Shown in pieces: positions 1-8,234 of a stretch of DNA of 64,000 bases; the stretch's first letter is position 1, and each line of letters starts with the position of its first letter. The stretch lies in sequence record PQ818763; one strand, written 5' to 3'. The stretch is from Shigella phage ShigP1. The notes under the pieces are model-generated. The model had not been told where the DNA came from, searched no databases, and was given only the letters and a program-made list of their open reading frames with translations. Both the position numbers and the translations under genes were made by a program.

Positions 1-658
1 CCTGAAGGATTGTCCAGCCTTCAACCAACCATTTATGGAGGAAGGTTTCAACTTGACTCTCTTCATCTTCACAATAGAAGGTTCGGTCTAACATCAAATA
101 GAACAGACAACGATCAGCAGGGATATTCTCAGTTGCTACCCCCATAAAACCTTTATCGTGCCAGCGTAAACAGGAGGGACGATCTTTGTCCACAAATGCT
201 TCCATAGCTTCCAGTACAGCACGAGGTGTGGTTCGATGCTCAGGGTTTTTGTCGTTCCAACGTTCGATGTTGTTCTTAGGGGGCGTGTCTTCATCTTCAT
301 ACGAACACCAACTTAAAGCTTCAGCTACATGCTTTTCATCACGCCAACGTCTAAAACCTAACATCTTCATATGAGTTCCAGAGTTCCAGATATGCTTGAT
401 TTTACACATATCCATCTCTCGGCTTAACAGGAACTCTTCCCCATCAGCACTACGAACGTTAGCTTCTTCATGCCACACTCGAACGTGCATATTCCATCCA
501 TGAGTTGCCTCATACATGTTAGGGTCGAAGTAGTCATCATACTCTTCATCGTCTTCATCAACGCCACCGTTATAGTTGCGAAGCTGAAGGAACCCATAAC
601 AAGGAGGGTTGACTGTTAAAACATTACCTTCAGTATCTTCTAATGTTACTGGAAACAT
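1..658 (-). CDS. hypothetical protein, partial (start codon at 656-658, C-terminus beyond window start)
   Basis: Hand translation from ATG 656-658 (MFPVTLEDTEGNVLTVNPP...) stays open to position 1; acidic and Trp-rich, no recognised motif. Confidence 0.45.
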   Translation of the reverse strand, partial: MFPVTLEDTEGNVLTVNPPCYGFLQLRNYNGGVDEDDEEYDDYFDPNMYEATHGWNMHVRVWHEEANVRSADGEEFLLSREMDMCKIKHIWNSGTHMKMLGFRRWRDEKHVAEALSWCSYEDEDTPPKNNIERWNDKNPEHRTTPRAVLEAMEAFVDKDRPSCLRWHDKGFMGVATENIPADRCLFYLMLDRTFYCEDEESQVETFLHKWLVEGWTILQ

Positions 659-669
659 TATACCAACCT

Positions 670-1032
670 CTATTGGTTTTTAATCAACTCAATCGACTTA
701 CGAATATAAAGAATATCTCGGAAGTTTCGATAGTTGTTCATAAATTGATGCTTCTGGAACTCAGCTTCTTCCAGAGCTTTCTTTGCTTCTGCGTAGTTTT
801 TACGGGCAAGATGTACAACCCGATCCGGTAACACGTTTGCACGATGGATTAGATACTTATGAGCTTTCATGTTACTTTGCTCACGAGCAATCTTACCTTT
901 AGCAACCTTGATACCATTTGCAATCCAAGCAAGTTCTTGCTCAAGCTCTTCGTTGGACATACCACCGAGGTTTGATGCAACCTTGTTCAGAGTTTCAATA
1001 TTAACGTTGCCCTTGATGGGACGTGTATTCAT
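670..1032 (-). CDS. hypothetical protein (120 aa)
   Basis: ORF track; same strand as neighbours, tight spacing. Confidence 0.5.
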   Translation of the reverse strand: MNTRPIKGNVNIETLNKVASNLGGMSNEELEQELAWIANGIKVAKGKIAREQSNMKAHKYLIHRANVLPDRVVHLARKNYAEAKKALEEAEFQKHQFMNNYRNFRDILYIRKSIELIKNQ

Positions 1033-1204
1033 ACTTACTCCTGTTGTTTACACTCGTCAATAACCCACTGATAAGTGGATTGCCCAGAAAAGAAACACTG
1101 AATAAATCCAGATGTTCTCTGCGTTACCAGTGCTAGTGCACAAATCACTACCGCTGCTGCTAGCAGTTTTAAATCTAATTTAGACATATTTCCTCTCGTT
1201 GAAT

Positions 1205-1231
1205 TTAAAAAAGGACTCTCCGAAAAGAGTC
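1205..1231 (-). terminator. rho-independent terminator (minus strand)
   Basis: Hairpin GACTCT-ccgaaa-AGAGTC at 1214-1231, followed on the minus strand by a T-run (plus-strand A-run 1206-1212). Confidence 0.5.
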
Positions 1232-1297
1232 AAGCTTTAAATACAAAAAGATATTACCCAATATCTGTGGATAACCTGCTCTTAAAATATCTATCCG

Positions 1298-1418
1298 ACG
1301 GATGTTCGAGGAATGTTCCTCTCCCTAGCATCGGCCCCATACGGGAAATATATTAAGATTAGGTTAGTTGAGTCAGAATAACTCACATAGCCCTCCGAAG
1401 AAGGCTATAGGCGTTACT
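1298..1418 (-). repeat. conserved intergenic structured element, copy A
   Basis: About 120 nt shared with 6935-7050: blocks CGGATGTTCGAG, CTCTCCCTAGC, CTCACATAGCCCTC, GGCTATA; three hairpins with compensatory changes between copies. Confidence 0.55.
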
Positions 1419-1422
1419 ACAA

Positions 1423-1641
1423 CTAAAAATCACCTGATTTTACAAAATCATCACTAAGAATTTCGTCAATCTCTTTGCTAGTCAAATCTTTCCTGAACCA
1501 GCAACAAGGAACATTCACCCATTGACCAGAGTTGTTCTCTACAGAGCATAGATTCCCTGTCTTACTCTTGCATTTATAAGATTTTCCTTTATCTAGGCGA
1601 TAGTGTAATCTGTAAACTACAGACACAAGTGTTATCATCAC
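1423..1641 (-). CDS. small Cys-rich protein (72 aa)
   Basis: ORF track; several Cys residues (CKSK...CSVE...PCCW). Confidence 0.45.
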   Translation of the reverse strand: MMITLVSVVYRLHYRLDKGKSYKCKSKTGNLCSVENNSGQWVNVPCCWFRKDLTSKEIDEILSDDFVKSGDF

Positions 1642-1871
1642 TCACCTTTCTTAGCACGATCTTTGGCAGTTTTGCCAGTGCGGATGCGATGAGAAACGTT
1701 AACCAGAGTGCCACCATCAACTACGGTAACGCTCTTGTTTTTAGCCAGATCAAACACAGTCTTCTCTGTACCACCCAAGCGAATTTGCTTAGGTTCGCTG
1801 AAGGTTTGGGTTGATTTGGATTGGAACTGAAACGGTTGACGGATTGCATCGATTGCGCTTACTTTAGACAT
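1638..1871 (-). CDS. hypothetical protein (77 aa)
   Basis: ORF track; AAGGAA Shine-Dalgarno upstream of ATG; 4-nt overlap with downstream gene. Confidence 0.5.
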   Translation of the reverse strand: MSKVSAIDAIRQPFQFQSKSTQTFSEPKQIRLGGTEKTVFDLAKNKSVTVVDGGTLVNVSHRIRTGKTAKDRAKKGE

Positions 1872-1943
1872 AGGGGAAATTCCTTAAAAAATTATGGCTG
1901 CGTAGAGGGAATTCCCTACGCAAATCGGGCCGCCCACAGAGAG

Positions 1944-1961
1944 GCGTCATAGTACTAAAAG
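1944..1961 (-). promoter_or_regulatory. conserved 18-nt intergenic motif GCGTCATAGTACTAAAAG, copy 1
   Basis: Identical 18-mer recurs at 9762-9779; both copies sit just downstream of a minus-strand stop and upstream of a hairpin and the next gene. Confidence 0.4.
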
Positions 1962-2103
1962 GAGGAGAGAAGAGGGCTTATTTAGCTACCTTTTTCTGTC
2001 CGTTTACGAACCAGATAATTGAACCGTCAGGCTGTCGTTGACCGAAGCCTTTCTGGTTAATCATATCGTCATAAGAATATGCTTTACGTCTCATTTGTTT
2101 TCC

Positions 2104-2358
2104 CTACGAAGTTAAGATGATTTCAGCCTTAATAAACTTCTCACCAACAACCATATCACCAGAGATGACACGTAGTTCTCCAGTGCCTAGGTTAACAGCT
2201 CCAGCAGGTTGACAACCCCTGCTTTTAGCTGTCATCATATAAACCTTTTGATTTTGGCACTCTTGGAGAGTGAACACATCTGACATATTTAGATCTCTGA
2301 CGCGGAGGATTTTTTCCTCTTTGTCTTTAACTTTAATGTTAATAATGCTCATATGCAC
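2104..2358 (-). CDS. small protein, paralog family 1
   Basis: ORF track; shares L-x-x-G-[DA]-V-F and C-x-[VA]-N-L-x-x-G motifs with 8 other ORFs in 2104-7748. Confidence 0.5.
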   Translation of the reverse strand: MHMSIINIKVKDKEEKILRVRDLNMSDVFTLQECQNQKVYMMTAKSRGCQPAGAVNLGTGELRVISGDMVVGEKFIKAEIILTS

Positions 2359-2603
2359 TACTCCTGAACCACTGACATACGAATCATTTCTACCTGATCA
2401 TCAAGACCTTTAACAGATAACACACCTGTGGAAAGGTTTACCACAGGAACCCAACCACTGGCTATACGGATGTTACCAGAAGCATTTTCAACCCTCATGT
2501 AATACTGAGGAGAGGCACTTCCGTTCTGAACCACGAAAGGGTTTCCGGGAATGATTGTTTCCAATCGTACCGTATTATCCTTTTTCTTTGGGATGATTTT
2601 CAT
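2358..2603 (-). CDS. small protein, paralog family 1
   Basis: ORF track; tandem with neighbours; VVNLSTG motif. Confidence 0.5.
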   Translation of the reverse strand: MKIIPKKKDNTVRLETIIPGNPFVVQNGSASPQYYMRVENASGNIRIASGWVPVVNLSTGVLSVKGLDDQVEMIRMSVVQE

Positions 2604-2851
2604 TGCGTATTATCCACCAAAAGTTCTGCTGATACAGGAACAACTCGGCACCAGATAGAAGGTGCTGTTACGTTACCATCGGATAGACGAAGAGTAATTG
2701 TTCGATCAGAGTTAACGGTTACATTAGGACTTTCAGACACAGACCCTTTAACATAGAGAGTAGCACTCTCAGGGAATTTAAACACTGCTCCGCTGGGGAG
2801 GGAGTTGAGATCAATCGTGGTCACTTCTTCTTTCTTGTGGGTAATCTTCAT
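2600..2851 (-). CDS. small protein, paralog family 1
   Basis: ORF track; LPSGAVFKF motif; start overlaps upstream stop. Confidence 0.5.
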   Translation of the reverse strand: MKITHKKEEVTTIDLNSLPSGAVFKFPESATLYVKGSVSESPNVTVNSDRTITLRLSDGNVTAPSIWCRVVPVSAELLVDNTQ

Positions 2852-3102
2852 TTAGAATCCTTAATAACGTTAGCTTCAACCTTAACAGGAATAACAGAGA
2901 TGCCCTCAACGGGGCCACTTAAGTGTCCATCTTCCAGTCTGACACACACGACTCGATCTCGTGCAACTTCTACCCAATTAGTAGATGCCGCAGTACAGAC
3001 CATATGAATTGGACCGTTCTCTTCCAGCCGGAAGGTATCGCCCTTCTTCAGAGTGTGGAGTTTCACAGTCTTGATAGTTTTGTTCAATTCGTTAACTTTC
3101 AT
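2848..3102 (-). CDS. small protein, paralog family 1
   Basis: ORF track; LKKGDTFRL motif. Confidence 0.5.
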   Translation of the reverse strand: MKVNELNKTIKTVKLHTLKKGDTFRLEENGPIHMVCTAASTNWVEVARDRVVCVRLEDGHLSGPVEGISVIPVKVEANVIKDSK

Positions 3103-3110
3103 ATTGATTC

Positions 3111-3422
3111 CTATTTAAGTTTGAGGCTAATGTTAAGGTGCATACATGCTCTGTTCTGTACAGCAGCATAACTTCTACCGAGCATGTCAGCCATTCTCTG
3201 AATAGACATGAACCCAGCATTACGGATAAGGAACTGGTCTTCTTCTTCAGACCATTTAACTCGGATTGAAGCTCTTGATATTCCGAATTTAGTACAAGCT
3301 GTGTTAACTGCATTCTCCGTTACATTCATAATCTGAGCAACTTCTTGAACCGAGTACTCTTTGATTAGTCTCCGAAGATTTTCAATCTGCATCGGAGTCC
3401 ATATAGTTCTTCGTGCTTTCAT
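3111..3422 (-). CDS. putative DNA-binding protein with two Myb/SANT-like helix-turn-helix repeats
   Basis: Two repeats of W-x(2)-E-x(2)-L ... hydrophobic helix (WTPMQIENLRRL...; WSEEEDQFLIRN...MADMLGRSYAAVQNR). Confidence 0.45.
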   Translation of the reverse strand: MKARRTIWTPMQIENLRRLIKEYSVQEVAQIMNVTENAVNTACTKFGISRASIRVKWSEEEDQFLIRNAGFMSIQRMADMLGRSYAAVQNRACMHLNISLKLK

Positions 3423-3450
3423 ACATCCTCCAATTAGCTATTATTCAATT

Positions 3451-3596
3451 TGGTTACAGGTGTAGGATTCGAACCTACGCTCGGACTCCCTAGCCATCAC
3501 CAAAGGAATGCATCCAATGGGCATACGGTCATTCGACCACGGGCGACTGCTTTACCGTAGACTCTGCATTACTGAGTCCCATAAGCTATACCTGTA
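3451..3596 (-). ncRNA. tRNA-like stable RNA (about 146 nt), non-canonical
   Basis: 3' end is a canonical T-arm GTAGG-TTCGAAT-CCTAC plus acceptor ACCTGTA-A-CCA; the complementary TACAGGT lies 146 nt upstream; internal region does not fold as a standard tRNA. Confidence 0.3.
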
Positions 3597-4087
3597 ATTA
3601 AAAGGTTGTTCCACATTTACCCTAAAGTTATTGGGGAGTACACTAGCTCTGGGCCACGCTGTAGATATCGGCCTACCTTCCACAGCTAATCAGCTAATGT
3701 ACTCTCCTAATAGTTTATGAATAGGGGGAGGGGACGAATCCTCCCTTATCCTATTAATTAATATTGCATGTAAGACCTAACAATCGGTTGCCTTTGTAGG
3801 AATAAGCGTTATGCTAATCCAGCACTAAACTCCCGCCCCCTTAGTGGGCTGGGTTATTAAAGGGTAACGCCCTTATGGGCTAGTTACATGAATGTTAGTT
3901 TGATAGGAGATCTGAAGTCCTATCTCAAAGGACTCTCGTAAGAATCCTTCACGATATTACTTATTCATCTCTCGTCGGCTATCTCTCCAAGCCAACCAAG
4001 TGTAGGTTTTCAGTTCTTCAAAGTCTTCTGGAGAGAATAGATACTCTTTGAAGGTATCACCAAACCACTTTAAAAATTCTTCAGTCA

Positions 4088-4345
4088 TTAGTCCTCATAC
4101 TTTTTGTTAGGAAGGATGAAATCCCAAAGAGCAGCCCATGATACGAGTGCTATAAATAGTACAGCAATAATAGGCCACAAGAAAACCATAGCTGCTATCT
4201 TTCCGAGGTCTGGCTCACCATCCCAACCTCTGAAACACTGATTACCTTTAACATCTATAATCTTAATCAGAACACCTGATACTACTGATCCTATCAGATA
4301 GGCTATTAACATACTAACAAGACTGGTCACAAGGTTGATCTCCAC
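4088..4345 (-). CDS. small membrane protein (two predicted transmembrane helices)
   Basis: ORF track; hydrophobic stretches LVSMLIAYLIGSVVSGVLI and AAMVFLWPIIAVLFIALVSWAAL. Confidence 0.5.
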   Translation of the reverse strand: MEINLVTSLVSMLIAYLIGSVVSGVLIKIIDVKGNQCFRGWDGEPDLGKIAAMVFLWPIIAVLFIALVSWAALWDFILPNKKYED

Positions 4346-4496
4346 ATGTTTTACAGATCACTGGTGAGTAACTACAGGCAGGGTATACTGACACTCCATC
4401 AAATGTCTCACACCCACAGTCAGGGCATGTACCATTGGATTCCATGTCGTCGTCATCACACACTTCACCGCCACCATAACAGCTCATATGAACTCC

Positions 4497-4718
4497 TTAG
4501 TAAACTAAACCTACAGCCTTAGCATCAGGCTGAGGGACTACCTTTGCGCTAGGGCGATAACCATCCACTGAACCGTTCCAAAGATTGACACAGGTGATAT
4601 ATCCATCGTCTATGATGTCTGTTTTAATCCAGAAGTGTTTATCATGACCAAAAATACTTCCGTTTGGCAGCGTGGACAGCTCAACGGTTTTAAGTGACTG
4701 CTTAGAGTCTAGTTTCAT
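4497..4718 (-). CDS. small protein, paralog family 1
   Basis: ORF track; LPNGSIF and CVNLWNGS motifs. Confidence 0.5.
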   Translation of the reverse strand: MKLDSKQSLKTVELSTLPNGSIFGHDKHFWIKTDIIDDGYITCVNLWNGSVDGYRPSAKVVPQPDAKAVGLVY

Positions 4719-4727
4719 ATAAGTTCC

Positions 4728-4925
4728 TTAATATACCAAACCATGTAAAAGAAACACCCTCTTTGTAAGCTCTGCTTTAGCTCTGTAATAAGCCTTAGAA
4801 CCTAACAGGCGGCTCTTAACAAAGAACTTAATGTCATTGCTAACATCTTGTATTAAACGCTCCTGTACAGCTTCTGAGGAGCTATTAATTGAATCAATTA
4901 ACACCTTTGTGGATGTGTAATTCAT
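4728..4925 (-). CDS. hypothetical protein (65 aa)
   Basis: ORF track only. Confidence 0.4.
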   Translation of the reverse strand: MNYTSTKVLIDSINSSSEAVQERLIQDVSNDIKFFVKSRLLGSKAYYRAKAELTKRVFLLHGLVY

Positions 4926-4926
4926 A

Positions 4927-5226
4927 TCACCACTCCTTACCGGTTGTTGTTACAGAGCCACCACACCACAACGCTGTATCAATCACAACATTGTCTGGCG
5001 TAGACTTCTCTTCGTTGATAGAAGGGTTAGCATTAGAACAGGTTGCTCCGTTCCATCGCATATCAATTTCACCAGAAGGAATCTTCTCACCCTTATACCA
5101 GCGAGAAACACAAACACCTTCCACTGCTACTGCACACCATCCATCAGGACGGCTCTGTACGCAGCCTGTAAGGGCTATGCAGACAAGGAAGATACAGATT
5201 AAGGATATTACACCACCCCAACTCAT
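4927..5226 (-). CDS. putative lipoprotein (Cys-rich)
   Basis: N-terminal hydrophobic signal ending in lipobox-like LTGC; mature part Cys-rich. Confidence 0.5.
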   Translation of the reverse strand: MSWGGVISLICIFLVCIALTGCVQSRPDGWCAVAVEGVCVSRWYKGEKIPSGEIDMRWNGATCSNANPSINEEKSTPDNVVIDTALWCGGSVTTTGKEW

Positions 5227-5245
5227 AATTACCTCCTATTAGATT

Positions 5246-5340
5246 TGGTGGACTATCTGGAATCGAACCAGAAGCTCACTAAGAAAGTAATTCCCACTGT
5301 TATAAAAGCACTTGCCTCAACAGGGATACACTAACTCTGG
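5246..5340 (-). other. tRNA-like remnant (T-arm and acceptor 3' strand only)
   Basis: TCTGG-TTCGATT-CCAGA T-arm followed by TAGTCCA-C; no matching 5' acceptor strand within 100 nt. Confidence 0.25.
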
Positions 5341-5366
5341 TGCCGCACCCATACTAGCCCTAAATG

Positions 5367-5442
5367 TGGTGCGCCCTACAGGACTCGAACCTGTAACCAA
5401 TAGCTTAGAAGGCTACTGCTCTATCCATTGAGCTAAGAGCGC
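5367..5442 (-). tRNA. tRNA-Arg (anticodon UCU)
   Basis: Hand fold: acceptor GCGCTCT/AGGGCGC, D-arm GCTC-AATGGATA-GAGC, anticodon stem GTAGC/GCTAT with loop CTTCTAA, T-arm ACAGG-TTCGAGT-CCTGT, discriminator A, encoded CCA; 76 nt. Confidence 0.8.
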
Positions 5443-5622
5443 AGAATTATTTAGATCATATCTCGCTTGGTGATATGACCACATGTTTTACATCGAAGTA
5501 TATAACGAGTACCTGTGTCTTCTATTTGACCAATCTCATTATATATGTGTAAACGAACTTCTTTTATTGTCTCCCAATCATGGAGATGGAAGAAACGTTT
5601 AAACCACTTGAACATAATAACC

Positions 5623-5874
5623 TCAAGCACAAGCAGGGAGTGTGATGATTTTATACTGACCATCAAACTCACTAAACAAACCCAAGAATGTAGGACTGTA
5701 AGTACCAGTACAAACAAACTCATCAAACAGTGCGTTATAACTAGGCTTGATCTTCCAAGCCCATACATATCCCATCTTGTCAATTGCAATATAACGAGTG
5801 TTCAGAGGAACAGCCATCATCACATCATTAACTGCAATCACTTTAGTTATTGGTGCAGCTTGGAAGTTTTTCAT
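5623..5874 (-). CDS. hypothetical protein (83 aa)
   Basis: ORF track; start overlaps stop of upstream gene. Confidence 0.45.
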   Translation of the reverse strand: MKNFQAAPITKVIAVNDVMMAVPLNTRYIAIDKMGYVWAWKIKPSYNALFDEFVCTGTYSPTFLGLFSEFDGQYKIITLPACA

Positions 5875-6095
5875 CCTACTCTCCTAACGTTTAGGGTAGC
5901 TTGATAAAATTTGACAGGACAACTTCTGTCAAACGTAAATCTTGTTTCAGGATTATTTATACAGATAGCATGTCTGTGCATAACCTTCATATATAAAGGA
6001 GGTTTTGTATCCCCATCTATCTCTAGAGAGAACACATCACCATTACGGAGGCTACCAAAAGTGTTATCTTTAGGCTCAGAGCGAACGATAATCAT
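5871..6095 (-). CDS. small protein, paralog family 1
   Basis: ORF track; LRNGDVFSL motif. Confidence 0.5.
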   Translation of the reverse strand: MIIVRSEPKDNTFGSLRNGDVFSLEIDGDTKPPLYMKVMHRHAICINNPETRFTFDRSCPVKFYQATLNVRRVG

Positions 6096-6311
6096 ACTTT
6101 ACCTTTGATAAAAATATCATTACCACAGACACAGCATGAACGAACAACAGTAGCGCCACGCTGAACGATACGAACCTCTTCCTTAACCAGACTAATACGA
6201 GCACCGCAGCAAGGGGAGTTGACATAAGAGTAACCAGCTTGCGTATGTTTGATTGTTTGCTTAGACATTTTAGCTTCCTCTTGTTAGTTTAAGTAAGAGT
6301 TGTCCCTTAAT

Positions 6312-6341
6312 TAAAACAACAAAGGCCGCCCGAAGGCAGCC
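6312..6341 (-). terminator. rho-independent terminator (minus strand)
   Basis: Hairpin GGCTGCC-TTCG-GGCGGCC followed by TTTGTTGTTTT on the minus strand, just after the stop of 6347-6598. Confidence 0.55.
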
Positions 6342-6346
6342 TCTCT

Positions 6347-6598
6347 TTATTGACTCACACCACGAATCAGATGATTCTGTAGCGTACCGTCTTCTGCATT
6401 ATACAGGAATGCGAACATCAACTCCTTAGCCACATCTCTTGAGCAATTAAGACACTTAGAGATTTGAGTTAGTTGCATGTTACGTTCAGTGTGTTCCATC
6501 AAGGCAATGCGAATGATCTCTCGCATACCTATTACATGAACTGTTTTAACCGGCATAGGTCCAATTACCTTGCTTGTTACGAATGGCTGACATTGCAT
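6347..6598 (-). CDS. hypothetical protein (83 aa)
   Basis: ORF track only; start codon uncertain. Confidence 0.4.
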   Translation of the reverse strand: MQCQPFVTSKVIGPMPVKTVHVIGMREIIRIALMEHTERNMQLTQISKCLNCSRDVAKELMFAFLYNAEDGTLQNHLIRGVSQ

Positions 6599-6934
6599 GA
6601 ATCCAGAAGCCTTCCAGTTTCAGAGCACCATTAGCTACTGCATCCATACGTTCAGGGCGGTTCATACGTTTGGTTGATACTTTCATACCTATCTCTCTTT
6701 GTTAGTGGAGGCATTATTGCCAGTTGATATAAGGGATAGCCCTAGTCAGTAGACTAATCCTGACCGCGTACTCATTGCCGACCTTCTCTGCCTAAGAGTT
6801 CAGGTTCTAGAGCTATCTCTTATTCCAACTGGTGAAGACTCCCTACCCCTAGGAAGTCTCCTGAATCCCAAACCAATATGTACCCCTACATATTAGAAAG
6901 TCTTTTCGAAAATTAACAGGTTTTAGTCTAACAC

Positions 6935-7050
6935 CGGATGTTCGAGCAAGCTCTCCCTAGCGGTGTGGCATATGCCTGAATTAATAAGTTAATGAGGAAC
7001 ACCCTCACATAGCCCTCTGATAAACACAAGGGCTATAAGTCGGTGTTACT
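6935..7050 (-). repeat. conserved intergenic structured element, copy B
   Basis: Second copy of the 1298-1418 element; hairpins TGAGG/CCTCA and ATAGCCC/GGGCTAT covary with TGAGT/ACTCA and ATAGCC/GGCTAT in copy A. Confidence 0.55.
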
Positions 7051-7264
7051 TTTGGGATAAACACAGATCAGGACGGGGCATAACAGTGGTTGATAAACCG
7101 AAGACTTCAACAGAACCACTGCTCAAGTTAGCAGCCTTACACAAACCATCAGGGGTTTTATCTTCTAACATCAGCCAGAAACGTCTGTCGTAAGAGAAAA
7201 CATCACCACTTTTAATATCTTCTGCATTTGCATATTTAGGATAATCAACTACTTTAATTTCCAT
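7046..7264 (-). CDS. small protein, paralog family 1
   Basis: ORF track; IKSGDVFSY and ANLSSGS motifs. Confidence 0.5.
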   Translation of the reverse strand: MEIKVVDYPKYANAEDIKSGDVFSYDRRFWLMLEDKTPDGLCKAANLSSGSVEVFGLSTTVMPRPDLCLSQK

Positions 7265-7522
7265 CTACTTGCCCTTGTTAGTAATAACAACATCATGAAG
7301 AAGAACAACCTTGCTTTTCGAGCTAAGCTTAAGGACTTGCTTATTTGTCAGACTAAGGACGACACAACCACCATCAGAAGGCTTGGTCTCTTCAATCTGT
7401 GGGGTAAACAGCTGAACAACCATGTAGAAATCTGCTCGTGTTTCTCTGATTTGGAATACATCTCCAAGTTTGAGATCACCAACACACAAAGACGGTTCAT
7501 TTACTTCAAGATTAATCTTCAT
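7265..7522 (-). CDS. small protein, paralog family 1
   Basis: ORF track; LKLGDVFQI motif. Confidence 0.5.
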   Translation of the reverse strand: MKINLEVNEPSLCVGDLKLGDVFQIRETRADFYMVVQLFTPQIEETKPSDGGCVVLSLTNKQVLKLSSKSKVVLLHDVVITNKGK

Positions 7523-7748
7523 CTTTAGCCTCTATATTAGTTATGTGGAGATCGCTGCGTACTTGGCAGACTTCATCCCGTTTAAAAGGCATGAGCTTTC
7601 CAGTTACCACATCAACACAGTTGACATAATTGTCTGCGTACAATGTGTCGGTTCTAATGTAAAGGGATTCTTTACGCTCAAACAGAACGCCCGGCTTCAT
7701 GTTGTTTAATCGAAGCATTGTACGATCGGATTTAATATTAACTTTCAC
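7512..7748 (-). CDS. small protein, paralog family 1 (GTG start proposed)
   Basis: Track ORF 7512-7856 trimmed to a GTG at 7746-7748 preceded by AGGAG; resulting N-terminus KVNIKSD... matches family member MKVNELNK...; MKPGVLF and CVDVVTG motifs. Confidence 0.4.
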   Translation of the reverse strand: MKVNIKSDRTMLRLNNMKPGVLFERKESLYIRTDTLYADNYVNCVDVVTGKLMPFKRDEVCQVRSDLHITNIEAKDED

Positions 7749-8034
7749 TGTTAATCTCCTGCTGCTTAGCAATAGCCGCTCGCAAGTCTTCATTAGCACG
7801 AGCAAGGCGCAACACTTCATGATTGAGGTTCTGAAGACGTTTGTTTCTGTCTTCAACTTGCATAATAAGATCGTTGAGTGTTACTTTAACTTTCTCATTA
7901 TACATCTCATCCACTCGAACTAGGGATTTATACATTCTTTCCCAGCTTGCTGCTTTATTTCTGAGAATAATAAATCCTAGAACGCTGATAGTTAAACAGC
8001 TTACAAAAAGGAATTTATATACTTCTAAAGTCAT
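7738..8034 (-). CDS. membrane-anchored coiled-coil protein (Rz/i-spanin-like architecture)
   Basis: N-terminal transmembrane helix FLFVSCLTISVLGFIIL followed by heptad-like charged region. Confidence 0.4.
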   Translation of the reverse strand: MTLEVYKFLFVSCLTISVLGFIILRNKAASWERMYKSLVRVDEMYNEKVKVTLNDLIMQVEDRNKRLQNLNHEVLRLARANEDLRAAIAKQQEINSES

Positions 8035-8234
8035 ATTATTTACCCTTTTATCAGAGATTAAAAGTAATATTATTTAAGTAAGTTATATTTAGTAAACTTA
8101 TTTTCTAAGAAATTTTCAAAGGGTCTATATACAGAGCATTACCCATAGTCCCAGAATACTGCCATCTTTTTCAATAAATTTACTAAGTGGTTGGTTTATA
8201 AAGGAATTTAGTTTGTCAAATCTGGCACTAGTGA

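Noticed and set aside
1002-1187. Small membrane-protein ORF between 1032 and 1205
   Set aside because: My hand translation gave about 61 aa but no such ORF appears in the track, so I probably made a frame error.
3600-3900. Additional tRNA genes in the 3.6-3.9 kb intergenic stretch
   Set aside because: There are stem-loops (for example around GGGGAGGGGACGAATCCTCCC at 3725-3745) but no T-loop with a matching 7-bp acceptor stem that I could fold by hand.
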